Source of the DNA: Antedon mediterranea
Taxonomy: Eukaryota; Animalia; Echinodermata
Assembly: GCF_964355755.1 (NCBI RefSeq)
Contig: NC_092672.1
Coordinates: forward strand, 18,241,237-18,305,236
DNA length: 64,000 nucleotides
Reading direction: 5' to 3'
Position numbers and translations under genes: made by a program
The notes under the pieces: generated by a model
Database searches by the model: none
Seen by the model: only the letters and a program-made list of their open reading frames with translations
What the model was told of the DNA's origin: nothing
Part shown: positions 1-12,684 of the stretch, one piece after another
Layout of the letters: the number at the start of each line of letters is the position of its first letter
How positions within the stretch are numbered: position 1 is the stretch's first letter

Positions 1-221
1 GTGAAGAAGAACTTAAATATCGCAGAATTCTGCCAAAGGTGCATTTGCACTATATCTACTTTGACAACACATGAGATGCATGAGGTATAACACCTAGCCT
101 GCGCACTGAGTGCATCGAACTGTCAAACTAATTTCCCAGGCCTTTTTCATGATATTTATACACTGTTTTTTTTCTTTTTTTTTAAATAAAAAAGAACGTT
201 TTGCAGTAAAAAGTATGTCCA

Positions 222-808
222 TAAAAACCACATTCCCTAGGTTTTTTTTTTTTACATTTAAGGTCACTAACTGAGATTTATGTAAATATAAATACTACAG
301 TATATGGATTTAATGCAATAATTTTTTTCTTCTTTAAATGGTAAAAATCTTAAATATAAGTATAAGTTAAATAATTTAAGCGGCCCACTATAAATACCAG
401 CATGCATTACGTGCGGATTGATATTTTTGTTTTGCATCTGTGATGTACCCACTTAATTTGATCGCGAAAGCAAAACAAATGGAAGAATTGTAACTTTTCA
501 GCAAAAATGCCAGGGGTTTCCCAATTTGTATTCATGTATTGTGCTAAAAAAAAAAAAAAAGCAACTAGACAACGCCAAACTTAAAACTAAAAAGCCTATA
601 GATAGCGTACAATGTTTCGCTTACCAGCTAGGCCTACAAAACTAAAGCTTAGGCCTAAAGACGCAAGCTACTGTTGCATTGTTTTTTTCTTTTTAAACGT
701 AAACGTACATTTTAAATTTAAGACAAAGAATGTCCTGGTTTAATGTTAAGTAATATATATATATACATTATATTTACAAAACGTCAACAATTGTAGGGAA
801 CGTGTCTT
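222..808 (-). mobile_element. Degenerate MITE in an intron; same family as the TTAA-flanked element at 36326-36943, in opposite orientation
   Basis: Bases ~380-535 are a diverged reverse complement of ~36650-36810 (gcggcccactataaat / atttatagcgggccgc; caaaacaaatggaaga / tcttccatttgttttg). The ends ccacattccctag ... gtagggaacgtgt resemble that element's termini. Boundaries are approximate. Confidence 0.6.
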
Positions 809-1112
809 GTGAATTACGTATTTGTAAGTACTTGTTATTGCTGTTGGTTACACTTCTGCTGGCCACTATTACTAAATTAAAAGCAAAACACTATGACATA
901 AATCGAATAATTACAAGAATTTTGGATTGTCAGAAATGGGTATATGTCGTGGGTGGGGGTTCTCTGTAGATTAAAGGAGGTTTGCTGTGGAACCAAATAA
1001 ACTCTCCTGGCTAATGGGCCTAATGATTGGACAGTAGATGTTGTTTTTAATTCCCAAAAACATACATACAACCTACAAGACTACAAGATAGGGAGGCTGA
1101 GGTTGATAATGA

Positions 1113-1649
<537 letters not shown>

Positions 1650-2103
1650 TATTGATGTTTTTTTTCAACAAGAGCAAATTGGTAACTGTATATTGAAGAC
1701 AATGTCACTATAGTTGTCATATATTAATTTATCACATTTTATATTAGTTAAATATAAAACAGTGGTAAACTTACTAAAGAGCCATTGATATTTTAGTCAT
1801 TGATAGTTATTATAAATTAGTGCAAAATAGGTGTATAGTCTATTTAATAATTGCTGTATCTCATAATAACCAAGTATATATTTAGAATTTTGACCTATTT
1901 CAAAGCTACATATTTAATAATTGTTGAACTTTTTAAAATGTTGATGTTACTTAAGTACAGTTGACAAAATTGGTTTTGACCGTCTTGTGCAAATAGCAAA
2001 GTGCATGCCAAAAAGGCATATCTACCAACTTGCATATTGCCTGCTACAGTGCTAGACACTATTTGAACTGATTTGATTCCATATCTAGGGCTAATCTGCT
2101 AAA

Positions 2104-2197
2104 AACACGCCCATGTCACGTAAACAGACATTGTTTACCAAGTATATCAAACACGCCCATGTCACGTAAACAGACATTGTTTACCAAGTATATCAAA
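2104..2197. repeat. Tandem duplication of a 47-bp unit in the presumed 3' UTR
   Basis: aaacacgcccatgtcacgtaaacagacattgtttaccaagtatatca occurs twice head-to-tail. Confidence 0.85.
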
Positions 2198-3144
2198 TAC
2201 AGCAAAGTACATGTTTATAAGACCTTATACATTCAATTAATTTTAAACACAGTAAAATGGATGAATGTTTGGAAATTAATTATTCAATTCCCAAATACGG
2301 GAGTTTCCTACTAATCATTTTTTAATATAAAGCTTAAGTTACATCAACATTTCAGTATAGTATAAAACTAGTCAACAGTTTTGTATCTTGATATTAATTT
2401 TGTAATTAAATTTGCAATGATGACGCAATGTGCAATTAAGTTTGACCAAATCACAGAACAACATTACTCTATAGGTCTTTTACTTTAATAATATTTCATC
2501 CGCATACTTCAGTTAAGTATTTACATATGAGCCTAAACCTTAGTACTATATATATGAAAGTAATGAAAATATTTACTATAAAGAATCAATTTCATGTTTG
2601 TATGTACAGTATTATTGGTTTATTGATGTGTGCTAATGTAATGTGACACACTGTAGTGTCTGCACATGTATTATGTAATGTGACACACTAGGTTTATTAC
2701 TGTAGTGTCTGCACATGTATTTTCTAAACTGCAAATTGTTTTTAGTTTGTATTGTGAAACTTTTTAGCGTTGTATACTATAGATAATTGTTATGTATGTA
2801 TTATATACTTATATATATATATATATATTATATATCAGCAAAAACAATGCTGAAAACTATGGACCAACAGATAGCTAATTCTACCTACACAGCAGGTCTG
2901 AGAAACACAAATAAAGCAGACAGAAGACGGAATGCAGTATACAAACAATTTATTGCTTTTACAATTTTAAATACATTTTTTTTACTAATTATTCTTTTAC
3001 TTAATTTTATTTTATATTACTATTTAAAAAAGATTATGTACAAATCAAACCCAATTTAAGTTAAAAATATTGAATACTGTACCATCTCTGTAATGAAAAC
3101 ATGTTAATACAAATAATGATTAATGAAAGATTTACTGAAAAGAT

Positions 3145-3338
3145 TAAAGCGTGGTTCCCACTAGGACGCAACACAATGATGCATTGACGCAAAGTGCTAT
3201 ATTGCATAATAGTGGCAACTGATGATGCAACAGCGTTGCAAACATTGCAGGTTTGATTTCATGCAGGTGGGGAAAACACAATTATTGGAAGGGTATTTTC
3301 TTATGTTGCGTTACGTCGCTAGTGGGAACCACGCTTTA
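3145..3338. mobile_element. Short MITE, PIF/Harbinger-like
   Basis: Terminal inverted repeats taaagcgtggttcccactag ... ctagtgggaaccacgcttta; non-coding. Confidence 0.75.
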
Positions 3339-3714
3339 TGTATGATTCCCAATAATAGAAAATAGCATTGTAAAACTCCATTTGAAAAATAAAGTAAATG
3401 ATGTATGTAATATAAAATGTTTGATTTTGTGACTTGTAAAAGGATGCACCATGCATGTCAGTAATAGCACCCTATATTTCAACAATTTTCTCATCTCATT
3501 ATTATAATCAAAATAGTACTGTCTGTAAAATCACAATTGAGATAATATCTGTGCGATGAAATATTTTTTATTACTACAGGCACAACATGAACTGCAGGAA
3601 AGATTGTTATCTTTCCTAGTGTTTGTTAATGACATACATTTTGCATCGAACTGTAGTGTAGAGAGGAATGAATAGTAAATTTAAAAACATCATGTATACA
3701 ATAAACAGTTGCAA

Positions 3715-6700
3715 TTAAAGGAGCCCAGGGCCATGAGAATTTGTCACCAATAAAGGAACTTGACGAACATGTTCCATTAAAAGGATATGATTGGCTGCCT
3801 GCCTTCCAGTTGATACAGAACGTTCCATGAGACTTGACGGGTACGAAGTATGAAGCCAATCACCAGCAAAACTTAAGTTTGGGATGCCACATCTATTAGG
3901 GAATGTTACATTAGGCCTAAACTGTTCTGTGTTGATTTTAAACGATGGAAAATTATCTTCAAATGAATTAACATGATATGCAAGCATAGTGAAATTCTCA
4001 CTGAATATTTCAGGATATATCATTTTAACAGTTGGTTGGATTATTTCCCACACTTTATCATCTGGTGTATCCTTTTCCTTCCATGTATACAGATGAAATT
4101 CCAGGACAGATCCATTGGTTTTATTAGCCCACATTGCAAAGTGTTCTTCCAACAGATGATACTGCGCTATAAGGTTGACTGGTGTATAATCTGGCGTTTC
4201 AAGAATATCTGGACGATTGTGAGGTTGTTTGTCAAACCAGGCGCGGAATATCTTGTACCTTGGTGCTAATGGTAACTTGCCAACTTTGGACTGTAAACAT
4301 TGTAGACTAACTCCAATTTTTGAATCTGGTGAATAGTTCTTTTGTGTAGTATTAATAATTCTTTGAAGGCCAACCAGATTTGTAGCTAATATCACATGAT
4401 CAAACATCTCTTTAGTTTCAGTTGAAATTACTTTGCCATTTGATGAATTGAAATATAAAGACTTCACAGTTGAATTTGTTTCAATTCTGATAAATAAATG
4501 ATAAAATGACAATGACAATTTGCACAATAATTGAATACAAATTAACTAAACTATACCTATACACATATTTTATCTATATTACTTAAGAGATAGTCTAAAC
4601 TGACAGTAAAATGAATAAATATTTGATAATAATGAGAATAAAATCTGCCACAACCAAGACGGGTTGATATGCAGATGTCCTACCATTAGACCTCTAGTTT
4701 TTAAATTTACAAATGGATTCCCAAAGAGATACTTTTGTATAAACTAACTAGTTGTCTAATGTACCTGACACCATTTTCTTGTAAAACTTTTTTCCAAGGA
4801 CCTATTACTGCATCTTGATAATTCTTGGTTGTAACTTCCCTTCCATCAGCCTAAAAATAAAATAAAGATATTTAATATGTAATTGGTCCATTTAAACAAA
4901 CCAAATTTGTATTGTATAATTTTAATTAAAAAAATTAGAAGAAAGAATTACAGTATCCTCTTTCTATATTATACATAATCAATGGATTTTACCAAAATAT
5001 AGGTGAACTTGATTATGTTCACATTAACTACCTGTTCAAGAGCAGTTGCTGACATGCAGTTTGATTTATTTTTTATTTTCTTATCTTAACTTGCAATTGA
5101 GAAGTGACATATCAATCTAGAGTTATATTTACTTTATTAAAATATTATTAAAATAGAGATTTTATAGATGGATACAGTTTTTTAATTACTGCATTTAAAT
5201 ACAGACAAATAATTAGCACCAACCTGTGGTTCACTTAGGAAATACATCTGCATATATGTGAGCATTTCAGCTGCACTGATTGTATGCCTTTCATTCAACG
5301 TTACAGACAGAGCAGGTCGCATTATAATGCTATAAAATGCCTCATCAACATGCTTTTCTTTTGCCCAGTCATCTTAAGTAATAAAATAATAAAATAATAT
5401 AAAATTGAACAGTCATTAAAATAATTAGTTTAGTTTAGTATAGCACAAATGTACAATATTAGTATCAGCAACACAATATTTCTGTTAACAGATTAACAAA
5501 TAAAATTTATTTTCTAAAAAACTGATTCCAACGCTAAAAAAAACTATGACAACCAGCCAGTCCAACGACTCTATAGCCCCTTTCTCACAGAGCTGTGTGC
5601 CAGGAATCGGGAATATACCATTACCATGCCGGTATGGTTTTCTGTAAGAACGGATCGTCTTGACATCTGCTTTAGACCTAGTAATATTACTAGGGATATT
5701 CCCCGCAATGCCAGACGGGCATTCTGTGAGAACGTAATATTTAATTCCCCGTCGCGGCTTTGACACCTTTCGTCGCCTTGTAAATTGTACAGCATTCTAT
5801 TGGTGTTTTACAGATTGCTGATGATGGCTAATTAATTGCTGTACCTGTATAATATATGCACAATATACTGTACATAGCATGTATTGCATAAATATGCTAT
5901 AAAGGAAGATAATAATCTGTAACTTAAAATTCGCCGCAATATATCACTAGACAAAAATACTAACAATAAAAGACGCCCTCAATAATTATTTTGTCAGAGA
6001 CTTTTTATTGGCCGAATATGCCCGACTCCTTTCTCACAGAAAGCCGGTATATACCGGTTATATTTCCGGCACAATAGTCCGATGAGAATGGGTATATACC
6101 GGTAACGATACCGGCACGACGCCAGCATACTACCGGTATATTGCAGGCACATCTGTGAGAAAGGGGCTTATGAAATATATTTCATAGTGAAATCAAATGT
6201 TGATATAAAGTTTGCGGTACACCACATAGTTCTGAAAAGAAAGTTTCTAGAGAAGGGAGGAAAACTTTCTATATTAATCAACCAATAAGGACTCGGTTCT
6301 GTACTAAAAAATAACCAAAAGTACTTACCAAGAGATATATTTGCATATTTCTCAAAAATAGTATCATAATTGTAATACAATAAATCTGGCAAGGACAATG
6401 AGGACTCGATTGCATTAGTCATCTTTAGATTGGGACTGCGAAAAATGATACCTATGAATAAAATTAAAATGCTAAATTTAAAAAATATCAGGAATGAATA
6501 TAAGAATGCCTTATACCATCAAAAAGTGTAATTCTCACATTTTTTCATTCTCTGCAATTGATTTTTTTTTTTCAATATTAAACCAGGCCATTCCTTGTCT
6601 TGAATGTATTTGATTATGATAAAAAGAAAACAATCTCTCTCTCACCCGAGGTGTCTTAAGCCCACACTAGCCTGCTAACAGTGGTAATGTACAAACATCA

Positions 6701-8601
6701 TAGGCCTATGAGCTTTACATTGTCTTGTTGCTGAATTAATTATCTTAATTTTTTTGGCAGAATCCGTTAATATAATATATATCCCATCCAAACCGTTAAG
6801 AAGGAATCAAAATTAGTTCAATAGGCCTATATACAATTTAATTTTACAAAAAATGTACAGAAGTTTGTGACCTTAAAATACAAAAAAAATGTAATTAATT
6901 TCACCAGGCACTTTAAAGTTGCCTTTAAATTTTTAACCTTTTAAATGTGTTTTTGTATGTGTATGCTATAAAATTGTTCTTATGTACATCCACTTAAAAA
7001 TATCATTCCATTATTTGTCTTTTGAGAAATATTTGGACAGAGATTTGTAATGTTAGGATATACAGTATGTCTGAACTCACCAAGTAGATTTAACGGGAAT
7101 GGCCCTTCACTATATATTTCCTCTGGTAAATAATTTCTAAAAACATAGTCGACCGCCTTCCACTCTCTAAAATTTCCATCGATTCCAAGTCTTTTGCGAA
7201 TATCTTTAAACTGATGGTAGTTGTAAAACCAGGCTATAATATAAAATGTCCATATACAACTTTATCCTTCTTAACAACACTGCATGTGGAGCATGTACTG
7301 TACCTTCTTAAAATGTAATACATTAATATAATTATTAAGCATTATTCAGTAAAAAAATAATCAAATCACTGTCAAAATAGAACTTTTTCTTAATTTAATT
7401 TTCATGATGTAATTTCATAAAGTTTATTTTGAATTGTACGTTCCAAGAAAAAGTATTACAAAAATAATGACCAAAGCACCAACAACTCATAAATAATGTC
7501 CTACCATGAAAGGCATGTTCAACAGGCCATGTTTGATTTAATCGCTCAATGTTTTTTGTATGAAGACGTCCACCAAGTACCAAATCCTTCTCACAAATTG
7601 TCACATTAAATCCTCTCTCGGAAAGTTCCAAGGCTGCTGAGAGACTTGCAAGACCACCTCCTATAATATAAAATACCCTATTTATAGAGATCTACCAATA
7701 CTTTTATAATTTATATTGCCTGCCTGGATGATCACACAACACTGAATATACTGACAATAAAGCTAGTGGTGTGACACCTTTCCCTTTAATTCACTATGTT
7801 CATTGGGACATACAGATTTCCTAGTTAAATATTGTTTCCAAATTATTAAATAAAAATCTGAACTTAAAACTGTTCATCCGAATTTTTAACAAACTACAAG
7901 TTGAAACTAGAAAGGCACTCCGAGAGTGGATACCTCCGCCGACTGTAAAAAAATTCTCCTACATAAGATTTCTCCGGTAAAAGAAAAAAATATATATATA
8001 TGTGTGTGCGTGTCTTAATGCTGTTTGTGATTTACGCTAATTTCACTACAAGCATGTGTATGCGAGTTTGGTGTAATGGTTATGTAACAAGCCTTTCAAT
8101 TAACAATAGCTTCAGTTGACCAACAATAGAACAGCAATGCGAAAATCAAACGAGTGAATTTGAATTTCAGTTTACTTGTTACTTTAAGACTGCTCGCCGG
8201 CTTTTGAAAAAATTCTGTCCTATCTTTTAACACTAGCAGGTCTGAAAAGTATACTAAAAAAGTGGTCCAGAATTGGGGGGACCATGGTCCCAAAATTTAA
8301 TGGAATGGTCCATGACAATATATCTATCTGTATATTCATTTTGATAAAGATCTTGTATTTAATTTTTGAGTAATCCTGCTAACAAACAAACACACGCTAC
8401 CGATTACATATACCTCCTTGGCGGAGGTAAATTTTATCAAATTGTCAAAATCAAAATGTGTGTTATTGAATACTGTACCTGCTATAAGAACTGTCCTAGA
8501 GACTCCAGCTGGAAGCTTTGGAGCATCAGAAGGATTTACAGGTGGAATATCAACAGGTGGCTTTGGGAATGCTATGCAACATCCAACAAACAACAAACAC
8601 C
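3715..8601 (-). CDS. crtU: CrtU-like FAD-dependent carotenoid desaturase (carotenoid phi-ring/isorenieratene synthase family). Exons 8601-8479, 7660-7505, 7233-7081, 6451-6329, 5372-5224, 4850-4765, 4486-3715; the start-codon exon is not located
   Basis: Seven GT-AG exons with compatible phases (1,1,1,1,0,2) give an uninterrupted 520-codon frame plus stop. Motifs: VLIAGGGLASLSAALELSERGFNVTICEK..LGGR (Rossmann), VEHAFHAWFYNY, SAAEML..MQMYFL, FDHVILAT, LAPRYKIFRAWFD, GSVLEFHLY, and RPNV...PNLSFAGDW...YPSSLMERSVSTGRQAAN, which is characteristic of the CrtU/CruE group. Confidence 0.88.
5575..6168. mobile_element. Harbinger-like MITE in a crtU-like intron
   Basis: TIR agcccctttctcacaga / tctgtgagaaaggggct; 3-bp TSD TAT at 5572-5574 and 6169-6171; internal ccgg-rich subrepeats. 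Confidence 0.85.
7905..8432 (-). mobile_element. Helentron-associated (HINE-type) non-autonomous element in an intron
   Basis: The minus strand starts ttacctccgccaaggaggt...gtgtgtttgtttgttagcagg (palindrome plus GTTT microsatellite). The subterminal acctccgcc motif recurs at ~7932. Confidence 0.6.
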
Positions 8602-10637
8602 CTGAAAAATTTCACGTTACAAATTAATTCTTATATTCCACCGCACTATGGAACGCATTTTGATTATTATGAATTTCATAATGTGATATAAATGAAATGC
8701 ATTGATGATATGAATTTCAATTTCATGGTGCGATCTGAATGAAATGCTTTGGAGGGAACAATTTTTGTTTTGGTTTAAATAATTTCACTTTTTTCATTCA
8801 AAGCATTTTATTAACATGGCAACAAAATTTGTACCATCTATGCATTTCATTCACATCCAGCAAAATTCATATCACCAATGCATTTCAATAAACACGTCAT
8901 GAAATTCATATCACCAATGCATTTCAATAAACACGTCATGAAATTCATATCATCGTGTGTGTTCCATACAACTGCAAGCATACATTATGTTAGGACAAGC
9001 AAATCCTAATAGTTTGGCAATACGGAATTGTAATTAGAGAATGGTGTCAACCGTAAAACACACACAGATTTCATTTGTCATCACTGACGCTGGCTAGCCT
9101 AGGCCCTCTTAATCCATATTGGTCCCAATCATCCTATTTGTTTGGCCTGATCATCTTAGCTCAGGGCACAAGAGTCTTGTGTTCGATATCATAATAATCC
9201 CGTTTTATTTTGGTCTTGATAAAATTAACATCCGGTATTCTGTATGGAACATCACACTGATACGTTTTTGCAGTATATAAGAAATCCACTAATAAAGGCT
9301 TATGGCTCAGTTTAACAGATAATATTACTTGAAAATGACCGGTGACTGGTTATTGACCTAAGTACATAATTTAATAAAACTTGGTATATTTTATATTAAT
9401 AATTATAACAACATAAATTAAAAAATATTTGTCGTAGGGAGCAAATTTTGGTGTCAGATTGTTTGCAATATTTATTTATATACTTGTCATAGTGCAACAT
9501 TTTTTCCAAAAGTGAACGGAACATTTTTTTTCATGTATTAGCATTTGACCCACTTTCTAAATAACGACATGCCGTAGAAAGTTGAAACTTAGGCGCACAT
9601 TGTTTATAATAATAGATCTTATATACTTATATTCACTCTAATGGATTGTAATATTTGAAAAATAACTTGTGTGAAGAAGTTCCAATTTTATTTGACCAAA
9701 TAAATGCATCGGTAACGCCTCACAGTTGACTGCTCAATACAATAGACACGGAAGAACACATACTTTACTCTTTTTTTCTCAATTTTTTTTTCTCCTTATG
9801 TTAGAATAATTGTTTTTCTCCAGATTAATAAGGGGGCGGAGGGTGCGTGTGTCCCCCTCCCCCTCTGGATTTGCCACTGGTCAAACGCATTCGATTATGA
9901 AATTGTGATATGCCGAGAAATTTACTTTTAACTTCAATTTTATCAGTTTCTGAAAGAATTAAGCTTTGAAATTTGTAATATACCATTAATAATCAATTCC
10001 AAGCAGGTGGCTGCTCTCTGGTGGTAGGATTTGATTTGTTGCTCTGGTAGGTGGTCTAGTAGGGCCTAACCCTAGCCTAGAGGCCTGGCTAGCTACACGC
10101 GGCTACATACATGCCTCGCATTTTTTTGAAATATTTAATACCTCACAAATTTTCGGCATGCCTCGAATAACGCAGCTTCGCACTTGACCGATCATCCTAT
10201 TTGTTGAGCCCGATCGTCTTACAACTTTGTTGGCCCGTTCGTGGTCGATTCCGATGAATTGTCCGTTCCGATCGCGCGCCTGTTCACTAGGCCTAGGCTT
10301 ATCCTGACTTGATGTCTAGCCTACCTAGGCTAGGCCTACTAGCCTAGGCCTAGTTAGGCCCTATATTTTTAATTTCTAAAAATCAAGTGATGTGTCGTAA
10401 TAATAACTAGGCCTAGGCTAGTGCATATTATCTATTAAATCAGACAATCATAGGGCCTACCATAAATGATAGAAATACTCGTAGCAACAGTGCTATGCAG
10501 GTGACCCTCCATCTCTCTAATAGGGCCTAGATCTCTTACACTACCACAGTTAGTAGACTATAGTAGGCCTAGACGCTCTATCAAAGAAGTTAGTGTGTGA
10601 TCAAAGATCAGTGTGATCAAAGAATATATATCACAAG

Positions 10638-12684
10638 GGGTAGTAACAAAGTGCGAGGCAGCGAGGCACGCGAGGCAGGGAAGGCATGCGAGGCAAGTCA
10701 GAAATTTATGCGAGGCATCGTTTTACCATCATCAAAAAATGCGAGGCATCATTTTATCATTTCTCAAAATTGCAAGGCAGGAAATCACCGAAATTGAAGT
10801 AGCCTAGGCCTAGGCCCGCTAGGCTAGTTTCCTTTTGCACCTGCCTTGTATTTTAACCAACTTTATCCTGAATACCACAGCTTAGAATTAGTAGGCCTAC
10901 TTTAATGAAGAAAAATCACATAAAAGTAACAATAAATCCATTAAATTGGTGATTTTACAGACGTTGTTTTTCTCGCATTTCGCACACTCAATGTTCAATA
11001 TTTTGGTTTCTATGGAACGCCAAAAGAGCAAAATTAATTAGAGGGCTAAAAACTCTGTGGAATCCATTTATATTTAACGCATTATTTGGTGAAAATCAAG
11101 TACAATTTCAATAGATTTTGTCACTGTCAGTAATGAAAAATGTTACTGTTGATAATGTACACGGTTTCGTTAACATTTTAAAGAATAAAATAGAAAAATT
11201 CATCATAATATCCTTAGTAGGATGTCCTAGGTCTAGACTAGGTAGTGATGTTGATTTAGGATCGATTATTATTCTTTGAAAACAGAACAGTATCAGCAGT
11301 AACATATTACAGCATTTTTATTGACAAATTAACAAATATATTGAAATAAAACGTGTTTTTCACCAATAAATGCATGAGAAATTGACGCATTCCACTGAGT
11401 TTTAGTCCTCTATTATCGTTGCTCTTTTGGCGCTCCATAGAAACAAAAATATTGAACATTGAATAAGTGAAATTCGCGAACAGTGTGCGAGAAACACGCC
11501 TGTAAAATCATTAATTTAAGGATTTATTTGTTACTTTTTATGTGATTCTTTCATTAAAGTACTCATGAGGTATACTTCTAAGGTGTGGTATTCACACGAT
11601 AAAGTTAGTTATCAAATTTGGAGTAAAAATACAAGCGAAGGAAACTAGCGCCAGGTTTATTAATACGTACATGGACAACAATAAATAAAAATCGTTCGTA
11701 ATATACCTAGCTTACTAAAACAGGAATAGTGTATCATTATTAAATATTACACCAATTATTATTATATCAAAATTGATTAAATTATTTTCTACATAGGCCT
11801 CTTATCTAGGTTAGGGCTAAGCATATTAGCTAAAGTTTAATTTTAGGCCTAGTATTACAATTGTCGGACGTAAATCTTTTTTCACACGCGCTCCAGAATT
11901 CTGTCGCAATTTTTTTCTTTGCGGCATGTTATTGGATCGCCATATCAGTTACCTTTTATTCACCGCCAGTTATTGAACTTGTCCTGGCAATCGCTGTTCA
12001 CCTTATTTGCGAGAGAGGTACACCACACGTGTTGTTCCTAGAGAATGGAATGTCAAAAATGTCTTTGGCACGCCGCTCAGAGAGAAGTCTGTGCGTTGCT
12101 GCTGAAACCACGTGCTATAGGAGGGGAATGCACCACAATCCTCTGAGCTGAGGGCTGAATCATTCCGCTACCTGCTAAATAGTAAAGAGGGATTTTCCAT
12201 CTCTCGGGTCTACCGGATCTAGGCGCAGGGGTGTGACAAAATATTATTTTCACTCTGCTATGTTCGAGAGACATGTGAGTGAACACGCTCGAAATGCCAA
12301 CAAACATTGCAGTCATTTGATGAGTGTGTCGCTTTAACAATTATTGTTTATCGAAAGTTAGAGACTGTCGTTTAGATTTTTGAACCGTAGTTTGGGCACT
12401 TTTGACACGATATGACTTGAATGAAAAAACAATCGTTACATAAAAATAAACAACATGATGAGTGTATACACGAATCTATTTAGATACGCTTGTATCGATT
12501 GATTATTAGGCCTATAATATAGCATAATAGCACGTTAAGATATGCCTCGCACCTTTTTGAAATTGTAAACTATATGCCACGCATGCCTCGCACTTTTAGA
12601 AATGATAAAATGATGCCTCGCACAAATATTTGGCATGCCGCGCATGCCTCGCTTGCCTCGCTGCCTCGCACTTTGTCAACACTC
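10638..12684. mobile_element. Non-autonomous Mutator(MULE)-like TIR element with 9-bp TSD
   Basis: TATCACAAG flanks both ends (10629-10637, 12685-12693). Long imperfect TIRs are built of gcgaggca repeats (acaaagtgcgaggcagcgaggca ... tgcctcgctgcctcgcactttgt). An orphan right-end copy lies at ~10110-10190. Confidence 0.8.
10824..11648. repeat. Internal fold-back: ~245-bp imperfect inverted repeat arms (10824-11067 / 11388-11648)
   Basis: For example ttctatggaacgccaaaagagcaa vs ttgctcttttggcgctccatagaa, and aatcacataaaagtaac vs gttactttttatgtgatt. Confidence 0.8.

Noticed and set aside
4487-4527. N-terminus MCKLSLSFYHLFIR of the 270-aa ORF as a real start
   Set aside because: It is intronic sequence upstream of the acceptor; the exon starts at 4486.
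3715-8601. Bacterial contamination or symbiont contig explaining the crtU-like gene
   Set aside because: It has six phase-consistent spliceosomal introns, host-type MITEs inside them, host-like AT content and contiguity with rabphilin.
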